A model generated the notes under the pieces. The model did no database searches. It was given only the letters and a program-made list of their open reading frames with translations, and was not told where the DNA came from. A stretch of 63,594 bases of DNA, filler included, from Choristocarpus tenellus KU-1152 (taxonomy: Eukaryota > Protista > Phaeophyceae): NCBI GenBank assembly GCA_964200185.2. It is 11 parts of 11 records of this genome, joined end to end, with 100 filler letters (N's around TTAATTAATTAA, not from the genome) between each part and the next. Parts side by side here need not be neighbours in the genome. Positions count along the whole stretch, not along the records: positions 17,091 to 25,457 come from CAXNAD020004801.1; positions 25,558 to 32,065 come from CAXNAD020007983.1; positions 32,166 to 36,405 come from CAXNAD020015533.1; 8 more parts are not named here. One strand, written 5' to 3'. A program made the position numbers and the translations under genes. Shown here piece after piece: positions 23,801 through 36,394 of this stretch. The first letter of the stretch is position 1. The number at the start of each line of letters is the position of its first letter.

Positions 23801-25557
23801 GAAGAGTCTATGTATGCTGTATGTCATAGTTCTGTGGTTGGGAATAACCCCTCGAGACTAGACACTGAGAGAACACTCAAAGTGTTGGTGTACACCATCC
23901 ACGAACACTTTAAGCAACTCATTGTGGCTTGACTAGTTGCAGCGGGACTGTGGGGCTTAGGGTAGAGGTATGCCAAACACATCTGATCTAACTGACCCGT
24001 CCAGAAGAAGATATAACCCGTCATACCCCCCAAAATGGTTTCACTAATAGGCGGAGCCAAGATCGATACGGCAAACTATGGACGTATTTTATTCTGGTTT
24101 TGGCAAATGATAGGTCAGAAAATTTGTATTACGATTTTTCGACTTGGATGTCATGGGGTGTTTGTAGAGGAGTCACTTTGTGTCTTACGTCTACATGTTG
24201 TACATACCTCATTGTGTCTATATATACAGTCTACTCTATGAACCTCATTGTGTCAATGTTTGTACCTTGTGTACTGTTAAAACTTGATTTCGAATTAATC
24301 GTGGTTTCTTGTGCAGTGACTGGTTTTCGTGAAGGGGTATTATAGGGCAATAAAGAAGCATCAGTGAATTTCTTCTGGTGGATCTGATTATATGCTTTGC
24401 TCGAGCAGGTGATGGTTGATGTGAAATCATGATCAGTGATTGAGACGCTCAAATGAAGAAATGCATGCTGTGTGAAGAAGCTTGACACCTTCACGGAGAA
24501 GGTTTTCAGAGGATGTATTAACTGTATATGTTGCATCCAGGTGTGTATTTGGTACACACTTAACGCAGAGTGAACTCGATGTCTTTAGAAGAACACCAGT
24601 CAGAAAAAGAATAATCAACATATGAGACGGGACTGATGGCTCTGATGCGAATATGAAATGAAAACGAAGAGACAAACTCGAATCAATATCTGTAACATTC
24701 ATATAGCACACACTATAGTTGTATGTTTGACAGATGTGGACTGTTGCATACTTTCTATGCACCATGTTCTCACAGAAATTGATGATGCTATGATAAGGTA
24801 GGTGCTAACGATATAAATGTGACTAACGACCATTATAAGTATGCGAATCTGCAGTCACTATTAACTGGCAATACTATATCGTATCGAATACACAACCGAT
24901 GAGTAGCCTATCTATGTTTTAACAGGTACAGGTAGGATAGTTTAGACTTGGGGAATGGAGTAAGAGGTGGCAAGTCTAGAGGAGAGACCTTTTTGAGAAA
25001 AACGGGGGAAGGTTATGCCAGACGTTGTAGCATGGTCTGGTACACACTGGAGTCCTAACCTTACAGATTGGGATATAAAAAAAATATTACTCATAGATAG
25101 GTAGATATTCTGATACTTTGAATGCAATAGGGAATACATTTTTTTCAAGGTTGAATGGGGGGGGTAGAGATTAAGTCTGTAATTATCTGGGTGGAATGAT
25201 TGAGATATGTTACAGGCGAATAGCGTGAGCATTTCTTCTTGTATTTCAACAAAGTTTGAGCATTTGTTACACACGAATAGCGCGAATATTTTCTCCTCAT
25301 GTGTTAGGAAATACGAACATTTGTAACAGACATATAGTGCGAAGATTGTTTCTCGAGTTCTGAGAAGTGCGAACTATATGCGATATTAGTAACACATAGG
25401 TTAACCTTACAGAATAAGTGATTATTTTGAGAAGATGCAGAGTAAGATTCGGAATACNNNNNNNNNNNNNNNNNNNNNNNNNNNNNNNNNNNNNNNNNNN
25501 NTTAATTAATTAANNNNNNNNNNNNNNNNNNNNNNNNNNNNNNNNNNNNNNNNNNNN

Positions 25558-28500
25558 GTTTCCACCAACCTCCAACAATGGGAATGCCTCTACCCTCACC
25601 AACACGCTTGAACCAGGGGGGAGCATACCACCGGATGGGTAAAGCGACAAGGCCATGTTGGTGGAAGATGCTAAAATGTTCCAAAGGACTGGTGCACTGC
25701 CTCCCTGAGCATGAACAGCCAATGAAAATTCCACTGCCGCAGGACTGTACGTGACCTCTTCTGGTGGAGTCGAGATCCACATGGTGATATTGCCGCCACC
25801 CCCAGTGCACACCTCCTCCCCTGTGACAAGTGAGTCGTAGCACTGGCAGTAAACACCAAGCTCTCCATCGAGACAAACCCCGGGGCCACAGGATTGGTCG
25901 TCTGAGCAAGTCAGCACATTATCCACCAGCAGCATGTGGTCAGTTGCCGCATCGAACGTTTGGTCACCCACCACAGCATTCCGGATTACAGCTGTAGAAA
26001 CTGAGGATACTACAGCTTCAGCTACACTCCTGCTGAAGTCACAGTCCTCCAGGACCAGTTCCCCCCCATCATTCTGGAGAACTAAGTTCCCTTGCCACCC
26101 GTCAAAAACACATTCCCTCGCCAAGAACGAAGAGCTGGCATCCATTTGTACCGCGATGTCTGTCCCGGAGATCACTCCCCCAACGAACTTGACGCCATCG
26201 CCCAAGACAAGGCTGCCAGCAATGTACACGGCATTGCTTGATCGAGATGTGCTGACATGTTGTATTTGACCACCAACAAGATCTGCTGTTCCTACTTGAG
26301 TGAGGTACATGTCGGCCCCTTGCGGTGCATCATTGGCGATAAGGTCACACCCCCAATAGACGAAGGTGGCATCACGCGCATAGAGGCCTCCCCCTTGGTC
26401 GCCCGACGAGCTTCCTTCCACCAGGGTGTTTGTACAGTTGACGCTGGCTTGTTCTTCAAGGAAGAGGAAGCCCCCAAAAAACCTTACCAGCGGAAAAAAT
26501 CAAGGTAACAAGTGAATGCAATCATTAAAGATTTAGTAGCTGGCAAACTTAACAGTACTTTGCCCCACTGATGTACCTTACATCCTAGCATATAAGTCAA
26601 TTAGGGGTAAGTGATCGGTCACTTGAGAGGGTCAAAGGTGAAAAATTCCTGGACAAAAAGAAGAGCATCAACAGGGCAACACTTTTCTATTACAAACGTC
26701 CAGAAAGTGTTCTTTAGTACTAAATAATGGAGATGCTCTGAAAAAAAAAACTGACGTAAATCAGTCGGAGCTAAGCCTAATCTGAACTAAATTAAAAAAA
26801 ACCAAAGATGCTTCTTCAGATTGAACATTTCTCACCTACAACTCCGAATTTGAACTTGGTTCCAAGCAACAGCTACATACGAAGAACCCAGAATCCTACT
26901 TCGAATCGTAAGAAGGGTCTCTATCACATACACCCAACAATCGATTACTATTAATAAAAATAACCGGAGCAGATTTCTTATTATCGTACAAGGTAGAAGC
27001 ACCATTTGTTTAGGGGTAGGGTGATGTCATTATCAAACCTCGCAGTATCTTGCCCTCTGACAGCACACGCTGTTCCCAAAGCGACAAGGCCCCTCTGGAC
27101 TTGCTTGAAGGTGGGATTTACAGGAAATCATCCCACAGAGAAGTTATTTGAATGCTAGAAAAGCTCAATATGAAAGTGTCATTCTAGGTCTATGTGACGA
27201 CACATTGGACACCTTGGTGCTGGGAAGTGTAGGATACAAACTCTAATCTAGTCAATTACAGGGAAGTAAGGCGTTGTCTACAAGTGGAAATTGTGGATTC
27301 GAACACCATTTGACGCCAAACTTCTACTTTGGAATCTGGTTTCAAATATCCACCAGTTTGTCTCTACTGATCCATAAAACTATTAATGTGAATATCATTT
27401 ACTTAACTACGAATCAAGATTTGTTTTCTCTAATTCTAGACCAAATCTAGAAATTTCATTTCTTACATTATTTTGGTTCAAGTTGGTAAAACAATCAACA
27501 CCTATCTATACATATTATCTTCTTAATTTCTGCAAAAACGTTAAGGAATTTCTCGAAAATTGTGATCTGGGATTTTTCAAGAGGAGAGGGGGTGAGGGGG
27601 TCGGTAGGGTAGCAGTCATAGCTGTTGCAACAAATGATATTCACACAAACAAAATATCATGCACTCTCATCTCAAGAGGATTGATAAAAAGTTGTTGACG
27701 GCATCAACACCTGCCGCGCTGTGAGGCCAGCCTGCACTGGGAGAGGATGGGCACAAGATGTGCCCACAACATGATCAGGACACACTGCACGTCGCAAGTG
27801 GAGGGAGAGTGGACACCAAGCCCAATAACAGCATTACTGAGGAAGGAGAGACTAGTCGAACATGGCAGGGTCTCATACCCTCATTCAAACCCCCTTACTT
27901 GAACCCTAACTCTATACCAAAACCCCGACAAAAAGGAAGTCCAGGGGGGAGCCACAACGGGAAGCTCTTACCTCGTGGTGCTGTTGATAATTTTCCCCCC
28001 TTCGAACACAATGGTAGTGGTCGACCCCCACGCTACAAACCCCCCTCCCAACTCCAAAGAAGTGCTGTTGACAAAGGTTCCACCTCTGACAGTTACGCTA
28101 GCGCCTGGTCCACCATCATTGTCACCCGAGGCGTATATCTTCCCCAACAAAAATGTACATAACAGCACACAGCAGTGAAGAAGCTATTGAGGAGGTATTT
28201 TGGGGGTAAAAGGCAAAGCACCAAGTGTAAATCCAAAACCAAAACACCTGAGTACCATAAGTTGCTTACCACAACATTCTTGCTTTCTTACCCAACAACA
28301 CCTGTGAGCAATGGCTGCAGCTGATCGACAAAGCTACCTTGTTTGGCTACACTCCGGTAGTTGATGGGCAAAACAGATTTGCTATCTCTCAAAAATATGC
28401 AGCAAATCACATTTGAAACTATACTTTGATCTGTTCAACAGATTCTTGGGCTAAGACGTCACAATGTTCTAATGCAGTAGAAAAGAGTTAATATCTGAAA

Positions 28501-30176
28501 CAGTATATATCCGCAGCATGAAGGTTTTCTACGAAAGGAAGGCATCATTCATGCAATCCAACAGGTGATAAAAGGGACGCAGGGAGACAGTCGAATGAAC
28601 GCACTTCTATCAGAAAGAGTAAATTCCAGGATGAGCTACCACTGTCACTTTCCAAGCACATGATCTGGGACGATATTAATGCACACGCACCTCCCACAAA
28701 CGTTGGTATTATTAGGTACTCCTTCACATTGATCACAGTACTCCAACAACCCATTTTTGAGACTTCATCGAAACCAAAACCAACCCGTTACACACACACC
28801 CCACGCACTCAACCACCGGACCGATTGCAGACACAGAAGCTCACTTACCGCCCCTGCCCTTCTTTCTGCCAAGCAGCTATCCACAGTACCATCATACATC
28901 ACCACCACAGATCCAGCCGATCCAAACACGAAGCCACCGTTTCCCTTGGAATGGCAACCAGTGAAGGTACCTCCAGAGATGTTGAAGTTGCTACCGCCCC
29001 TTGAATAGATGCACCCTCCTTTGTCACGGGCAATATTGGTACCATTCATGATCGTTCCTCCAAGGACCTCAACATTTCCGTACCCAAAAATGGCACCACC
29101 CTTATGCCCATTGTTATTGGTAAACACCACATCACCTAGAACAACAGCACCGCCACCACTGCCCTGATAAATCTGGAGCGCACAGAAAGAGTCGTGAAGT
29201 CAACATCAGAAAGTGTAGGTGAGGGGAGGAGTAGGGGCTTGGATCATACCAATCGGCGAAAAAGTAGACCAACACACAACACATGCTGTCCCAGACTACG
29301 GTAACCTTACGTATGTGCACAATTCACAAGCAGAGTGAAGGCAACAAACAAAAAAGTGGCACAACAGCCAACGTGTGTTCTTTGAGCAAGACCTGATGCG
29401 AAACGTCTTGTATCATAGCACTTGCCTTCGGCTGTACAAACTGAATCAGCGCTATTCACTTTCAAACGTGGCAATTATGCTTTGATCAGTAGTGATGTGA
29501 ACACTTATGACCAATCATACAAACACCGGAGTACCACACCGGCCAGACATCTTGAGTGAGACAATGCCTTCCAATGTCTTCAAATTTCCCTTATGTATGA
29601 CCACATGAGGTATGGAAAGGCAAACCAAAACAAACATGATTACTGTAGACTTTCTATTTCAGCAGAACAAGGTTGAAAAGCGTGATGGAGGGAAGAGGGG
29701 GGGAGAGCTTACCCCGCCTCCGTCATTTTCCGCATAATTGTCAATTACAGTCGTACCACCATCGAAGATGGCGTCCCTGATGAATGCAGCGCCCCCATTA
29801 TGCATGGCTTTGTTGCCTCTTAGCTCGCTCCCCATTACTGTTACTGCACCGCGGTTGCTGTTCAGGGCGCCGCCCATATTTGTTGCGCTGTTGTTAAATA
29901 GAGCACAATCGGTCACAACTAGGGTGGAGTTCTCCGCGTACACACCTCCTCCTCCTGGCATGGAGACATAATCGGGAATTAAGTACGGATCTGGGTACAC
30001 GGGCGTCGGTGCTGTGGCAATATTGCTGTTCAATGTAGAACTCCTCATAGAGCAGACTGTGCGTCCCTGAGACTCCAAGTCCGCACCAAGCACGTATATT
30101 GCACCCCCTTCCAAAGCTCTGTTCCCCTCAAGAAGGACGCCATCCATGGTTAGATTCGATTCAAGCGCGTGCACCG

Positions 30177-30212
<36 letters not shown>

Positions 30213-30812
30213 AAAAAACCCCCCCCCCACACAAATGNNNNNNNNNNTCGATTCAAGCGCGTGCACCGCCCCACCCACCCCCCCTGCCGCCACATTGCCT
30301 AAAAAAGAGCCACCCGTAACAAGGATTGTGCTATCCTCCATCCATACCCCGCCGCCTGACCCATTCGATTCATTCGAATCGAAGACACAGTCTACCAGGA
30401 CAATGGAGCCACCAGAACACCTCACACCTCCTCCACCAGCTGCGTCGGCTAGCCCTCCACGAATCGTTGTGTTTTTTATCTGGAGTGTAGCTCCAGTCCC
30501 AACATCAAAGATTCGAGCTGAAGAGGCGCCATGAATGATTGCATCCGTTCCTCCAACCCCCACCTCTCCAACAATACTCAGTTTTGTGCCCTGACCAACT
30601 TCGATGGTGCCATCGATTGTAACCAGTCCCACCCACACCGCATCTACAGTACCTCCTGTGCAATTAACGGCTACTGAGAGATTTGTTGCTCCAAGTATAT
30701 CGACCACTCGAAAAGTTTGGCTAAAGGCAGGGCAGACCTCAGCAGACAAATATCTCAAGTTTAACAAGGCAACGACGACCAATAGACCCAATTCTTTTAT
30801 GCTTCGAAACAT
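25558..30812 (-). CDS. Secreted polymorphic outer-membrane-protein-like / right-handed beta-helix (pectin-lyase fold) protein, 3' truncated; exons 30812-29713 (spans an assembly gap), 29172-28849, 28138-27972, 26482 to contig end
   Basis: N-terminal hydrophobic signal-like peptide. Many GGA(I/V)/GGG(V/L) and FxxN-type repeats (FDSNESNGSGGGVW, LEGNRALEGGAIY, FNNSATNMGGAL, FTNNNGHKGGAIF). Cys-rich segment CSDDQSCGPGVC..YCQC. Splice junctions are GT-AG and phase-consistent (0, 0, 2). Confidence 0.85.
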
Positions 30813-33795
30813 TTTGTTGGTATTGCGGTCCTGACTACTACCTCTAGGTGACAGTTATATAGTCAATGCTATCCTTCCCTCCTGCACATCCTCACGCGGT
30901 AGATCAAGACCAAGCTCAATCTCAGGTGTTGACTTCAGATATTCGGGAAAGAGAGGTGTGGAAGTAGTAATATGGGACAAATTATGTGGTGTGGTTGTTT
31001 AGAGATAGTTCATATATGTACTGATGTAGTCTCTAGTCGGTTCGGTAAGAATCTGGTTCTAACTAACATAAATGCAAAATCGGATGGAAAATCTGTATTC
31101 AAAATCCAGAAGAAACCAATGGAAAGAGCAAGGAGAGAGAGAAGAATAGACAATTGGATCACATCCTTTAGAGTGTGATGATGTTTCTGACATTATAGCG
31201 ACATTTCCATGCTCACAACAAAAACAAGAATATACAGGAATTGTTCACATCTCCATAATATACAGAGAAAGGTAAGGTTTTCTTAGTCCTTTGGAATATT
31301 GTACATTGTACAATAGATTGATTCCATATTTGAATATATTCTCAAACATGTATCGTCCACAATTTTTACCATAAATTTTACCTGATCCAGACGAAGTTTC
31401 TAACGAGTCGATCGAATCTGAAGTGTATGACATACAGAGTTTCAACGGACTAAAGAGCATTTACTTAAGGGATTTGAAGGCATTTGTACATTTCGTGTAG
31501 AAGACTATTTATTTCTATGGGATGTGTTAGCGTGACCATCTAGCAAATTTGTTGGCATTGAAGGTAAACTCAATTCAAGTGATTATATTTTTCGTGATAG
31601 ATATTAGATAGTGGATCTTCCTCTTTAGATGTTCAACAATACATTATTACACATATTTTACTATTATGATCTGTAGCATTTTCTAGATTTATTACTGTGT
31701 TGGCTCTAAGCTCCTACACACTTTCTCGCGTCATAACTTTTGATCAAGGGATTCTTTCATGAAAATTGTTTGTTGTGATCGCAGCAGCATTAGCAGCATG
31801 CTTAACCATATTTGATTGGTCTCGGTTGGTCAACTTGCAATAATCGTGAGAAATACAGGACCATAATTGAATCAAGTAGTCCGCGAGTGCGGTTCGCGGG
31901 AGGGGTGCCATGCGACGCGCGCGAACCGCGCATTTAAGGATGATTTTGACACCTGAAGAGGTGATCTTCACCCGGAGAACATGGGCGTTGTTATCTCTCC
32001 TTCTCTTTCCATTATTTCCATTTATTCAATGTTGTCACCTGCTGGCTAAGGCTCACTCATGGGGGNNNNNNNNNNNNNNNNNNNNNNNNNNNNNNNNNNN
32101 NNNNNNNNNTTAATTAATTAANNNNNNNNNNNNNNNNNNNNNNNNNNNNNNNNNNNNNNNNNNNNCCCCCTCACAAACCACCCCCCCCCCCAGATACTTT
32201 GACCCAATATTCTCAATCCGATAATCAAATTCTGAACAGGCAGGCATGGCCCGCATCTTCTACCTATTCACAGTACCACCCTGTGCCATACATCCTGGTG
32301 CTTCAGGATTACCATGGCTACTGGTTGGTGAAGCTTCTCCTCTTTTCCCCTCAGCACAGATCACATAGCTAACAGGTGTGCTTTTCCTCCTGCTCCTGAG
32401 GCTGCTTAGTGGCGGATGCTCTCCTCTCCGTTTCCCCAGCACATCCCCCCCACACGGGTTTACCTAATCGCACATAACTCCCATTGTTCCGTTCCTCCCG
32501 GGGCTGCCGGTGCACTGCGGGTACTAACTGGCGGAGCTTCCTGTTCTCGCTTCCCTCCAGTGCAGCCCCGAACTGTTACTCATTCACACCTTTGCAATCG
32601 TCAGGAGTCCGAAACAGGAATTTTGCTCGACAGTATTGTCTCAACAGGATCGTCTGAGTATATGACAAGGTCTAGAAGTGTGTAATCCTGTTGACAACCG
32701 TAAAGAAATGGCTCACAACCTGAGGTGCTTGCACCAAGCACATAATGGGAAGTTACGAGGGATAGCCTGGAGAAATAAAACGATGTCTTTACCACACGTT
32801 AGTTTGATTTAAGGATACGAACACAACACACAATGGAGCGCAGACCACATTTCCACCGCTGTCTCTTTGATCGCCCACCTACCATCAACGTCTCACATGT
32901 CAGAAGGTCCGATGAAGAGAAGTTCTTTCCCCCATACGCCCACATGGACCTTGAACGACGACACTGTCACATTGTCCATTTCGAGTGGTAGGAAGTAGGT
33001 CGCAAAAGTGGTTTCCTTCGTACGATTGCCTATAAACCTATTTTCTGTTAAGTTGGGGGGAACCTCATCGGACTGGGCACAATGAGTGCGAATAGCGTGG
33101 CGATTATTGCCAGAGTGCTAATGAACATAGGTGGTCGAGGGTGTGATGTGCAAATCAAGTCAAAATTGTTGAGAAACTTGGCGTATGTAAGGCTCGTCGC
33201 CGAAAGTAGTCGTTGAGTTACATGGCAAAACATACACTGAATATTAATCATCCACTGGCCTTTGTCTTAGCCACCAATTATCTCTGGTGTATGATCAAAG
33301 ACTGACCCACCATACTATTATGCACGTTACAACTTTGTATTGTACCGAACTAAAGATAAACGTACATGAAACCTACGTTATATGCTTGTATCAGCACACA
33401 CAAGTAAGGATAACACTAGGTTATTCGACATCCTCCCCTTGCTGAAAGCAAGTATTTACTTTCAAACAATTAATCATTAACAAAACCCCCCAACACATAT
33501 GTTACCTTGCATGTTCATCAAAAACTTCACATGCTGTCTAAAACCTTGAACCGGCAAATTCTAGGTCAATACATCTCTGCCCTCTGATTTGCAACAAAAA
33601 AACACGAATCTCTTCTTTTCTAGGCAAGTCCCTTGGAAAATGATGTTGGGCATCAATATCCTTTGTTCTTAGTAGAGCTTGTGGCATTTCGTACTAGTTT
33701 GCATGTACCATCGTTATCCTCAAACCTGTCAATGCAATGCCTAGGAGACTGTGGTTGAATAAACTCAAAAACACTTCTCAAGAAAAGTAATTCCT

Positions 33796-34053
33796 GAGCC
33801 AAAGTGTTTTAGAGGGTAGAGCCGCGTCTATTTGGGGGGTAAAATCCAATGTTGCGATTTTGATGTAATTTTGGTTATTGTGTTTGTTAGGAAGTGTCAG
33901 TATCCTTGTTCCAGACACACCTTTTCGTAACGTACACATTTCACCTACTCCAAAACATCTTGGAGTAGGAAATTTTATAAAAAAACTCATGGGAAGCTAA
34001 GCCCCAAACGGACAAACAGGGCAAAACTCGTACCCTCTGAGATACTTTCACTC
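33796..34053 (-). mobile_element. MITE subfamily A, full length (258 bp), TSD TCCT
   Basis: Ends GAGCCAAAGTG.TTTAGAGGGTA and TACCCTCTGAGATACTTTCACTC. Removing it plus one TSD restores the copia frame VAQELLF. Confidence 0.92.
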
Positions 34054-34608
34054 TCCTGTGCCACACTGTTAAGAGCAATATACTTCACTCTCCGTAGAAG
34101 ACAGAGTTACAACTCTTTGTACCTTTGACATCCAAGATATTGCTCCTACTGCAAACGTTATTACTCCTCCAGTCACTGATCCACGATCATTCCACTCTCT
34201 GGCATCACCAGCATCAGCATATGCACTAAACTCACACTCAGTATCAAAACCACCAAAACTCAATCCAACACTGTGACACGTATTCAAATATGCTACTATA
34301 CATTTCACTGCACGCCAATGTGTGACTTTGGGATTGCTACTGTATTTGGCAACTTCACGAACTGCATTTACAATTTCAAGCCTAGTCATAACACTTGGAT
34401 TATCCTCACTCTTGTCCAAAATCCTTGAGAGATCATGGGGTACTTCTTCTTTGCTCCATCCATACCAAATCTTTGAAAAAAAATATTCTGTTTTCTGCTC
34501 TAATAAAAATTCTACTTCATATCCCTATCCTGCAATTCCAGGTCTGTAATTGATGCCAAAAACCACTCTTAAACGTACAGGCCACGTTGTCAGGGCAAAG
34601 GTACTACA

Positions 34609-34787
34609 GACCCAAAGTATCTGGGGAAGGGGGAGGGGTCTATACCAGGGTGTCCACTTGGTCCAAAATCAGGAAAAGTGCATTTACATTATCCATCCGA
34701 AGTATGCAACCAAATCACCCAAAAATTGCGACATGAAAAAAATGACCCCAAATTGACAGCTGTCACCCCCCCCAGATACTGTGAGCC
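34609..34787 (+). mobile_element. MITE subfamily B, full length, inside the copia RT region, TSD ACA(G)
   Basis: GACCCAAAGTATCTGGGG...CCCCAGATACTGTGAGCC, collinear with 11830-12013. Confidence 0.9.
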
Positions 34788-36221
34788 ACAGAAAATCTAA
34801 ATCCTTTGTCTCATGAAAACCCAGTTGCTACTGTACATGCCTTGTATCACACTACCTTACCAAATTCATTGCACTTGTGCTAGTGAATCAATTTTGGTAC
34901 AAATTGCCCTGCGTCAAGAGTAAGACGGCCTCCTCCCAACTGTCATTCAAACAACAAGCCAGACATCTCTTCTGCTCTAGTTCGATCCTATAAATACATT
35001 CAGGAAACGTATGTGCTGCTATTACAATCTTGGGTAGGGAATTCATCTGCAAACACTCTCATAGACTTTCACTCACATAAATCACAAGGGTAGTCTCAAT
35101 GGAAAAAGCAGAAAAATATCAAACAATGGAACTCTTACAAAATAAAAGAGCAGAAAAACCAAAGAAGCTTGCACAATGGTGACCTCAGCATCCAGTCTCC
35201 ACGTCCTGAACTCTCACCAATCTAGACCTTCATCCATAACAATAAACGTCTCTCTCATATTCCACTTGTCCTCTCGATCAGTCCAGGAGATACTATTCTC
35301 AACAACCCCCAGCTCTTGGACTGAGAGTAGATACAATGTGAAGGGAAGTATGCAGATAGCAACAAATAAAACACCACTATTATCTCGCCCTCATCCTTCA
35401 AGCAGAGCGTTAGGATACAAGATTTCATGGTATATTCAGGGCAAATGCGACAGACGCCAAAGTAACTTGCACCCACTCATCGCGGCCAAAAATTGAAATT
35501 TCTTTCTTGGCATACGCCACAATGGGTAGTGATGTGCCGTCAGCCACAGTCATTTTGTAGCCTTATGGACACATGGTGAAGTCATAAATGTACTTTGGGT
35601 CTTTCGTCACATTATTGGAAGTCCCCGAATCAAAACACCATGTTTCGAGAGCATTCGTTGTTCTTACCTTGCCATTTTCAGCTACAGCGACTGACATGGT
35701 CTTTAAACTTCCTTCCTGTCCTAGCCGATTCTTCTGACCCAACTAGTTTCTTCCGCCTAATTTAGCGGAGTCACCCTCTCGCGATATGAACTTCCCACCG
35801 ACTTTGGAGGTCCCACCTTCCTCTGAGGGCAAACAGCTTGCTGGTGGCCTCTGCTCCAGCAGCTGTAGCACAGTCCTTACATGTACAAGGACCTGTGTGT
35901 TTTACCAATCCGCGACATGAAAAAATTGTCCCCAAATGGACAGCCGCCACCCCCCCCAGATACTTTGAGTCATCTTCCCCCTTAGTGAATTCAATGTCAC
36001 CCACTCTGATGGGTTCCCTTCTGTGCTCCAATGCCTCATCAGTATCCCCCCTCGCCCCTCAAAATGCACGGGTTGAAGTGAACCAGTCTGCATAGTTGTC
36101 ATCCAAGGGTTGAAGGAGTTTTGGTGTGGATCCCATCAGAGGCCATGAGTGATGCAATACCAACTCAAACCAAACCAGTCCGCTTGTGCCTCCCCTAGCT
36201 AGAATTTGGATTATGTCGCTT

Positions 36222-36394
36222 GGGTCAAAATATCTGGGGGGGGTGTCCGCGTCCGTTTTTCACCCTTTTTTCGATTTTCATTTTTTGGTGTGATTTGGTC
36301 GCACGTGTCAGATTTGAAATATCAGTAAAAAAAGAGTTGTTTGACCGAAACGGACGCCCCCTCAAAACCCCCCCCCCCCCAGATACTTTGACCC
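36222..36394 (+). mobile_element. MITE subfamily C, full length (173 bp), TSD GCTT. Partial C copies at 32166-32205, 48983-49057, ~49221-49238
   Basis: GGGTCAAAATATCTG(n)...C(n)AGATACTTTGACCC, flanked by GCTT. The interior differs from A and B. Confidence 0.88.

Larger units (their letters stand above)
33046..36200 (-). mobile_element. Degenerate Ty1/copia LTR retrotransposon with putative 3' LTR 33430-33046, interrupted by MITEs
   Basis: Protease WCFDSGTSNNVT (~35640-35605). RT/RNase H HWRAVKCIVAYL...AYADAG..GSVTG...ISWMSKVQRVVTLSSTESE, continuing as ...FEDNDG...IDAQHHF. Polypurine tract AAGGGGAGGA is followed directly by TGTCG at 33430. Candidate LTR end ..TTAACA at 33046. Confidence 0.85.

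Noticed and set aside
30156-30275. Poly-Gly insertion and duplicated AVHALES in the Pmp-like gene
   Set aside because: The same ~25 bp occurs on both sides of a 10-N gap with a poly-C run. This is an assembly artefact; merging the copies gives a continuous frame.
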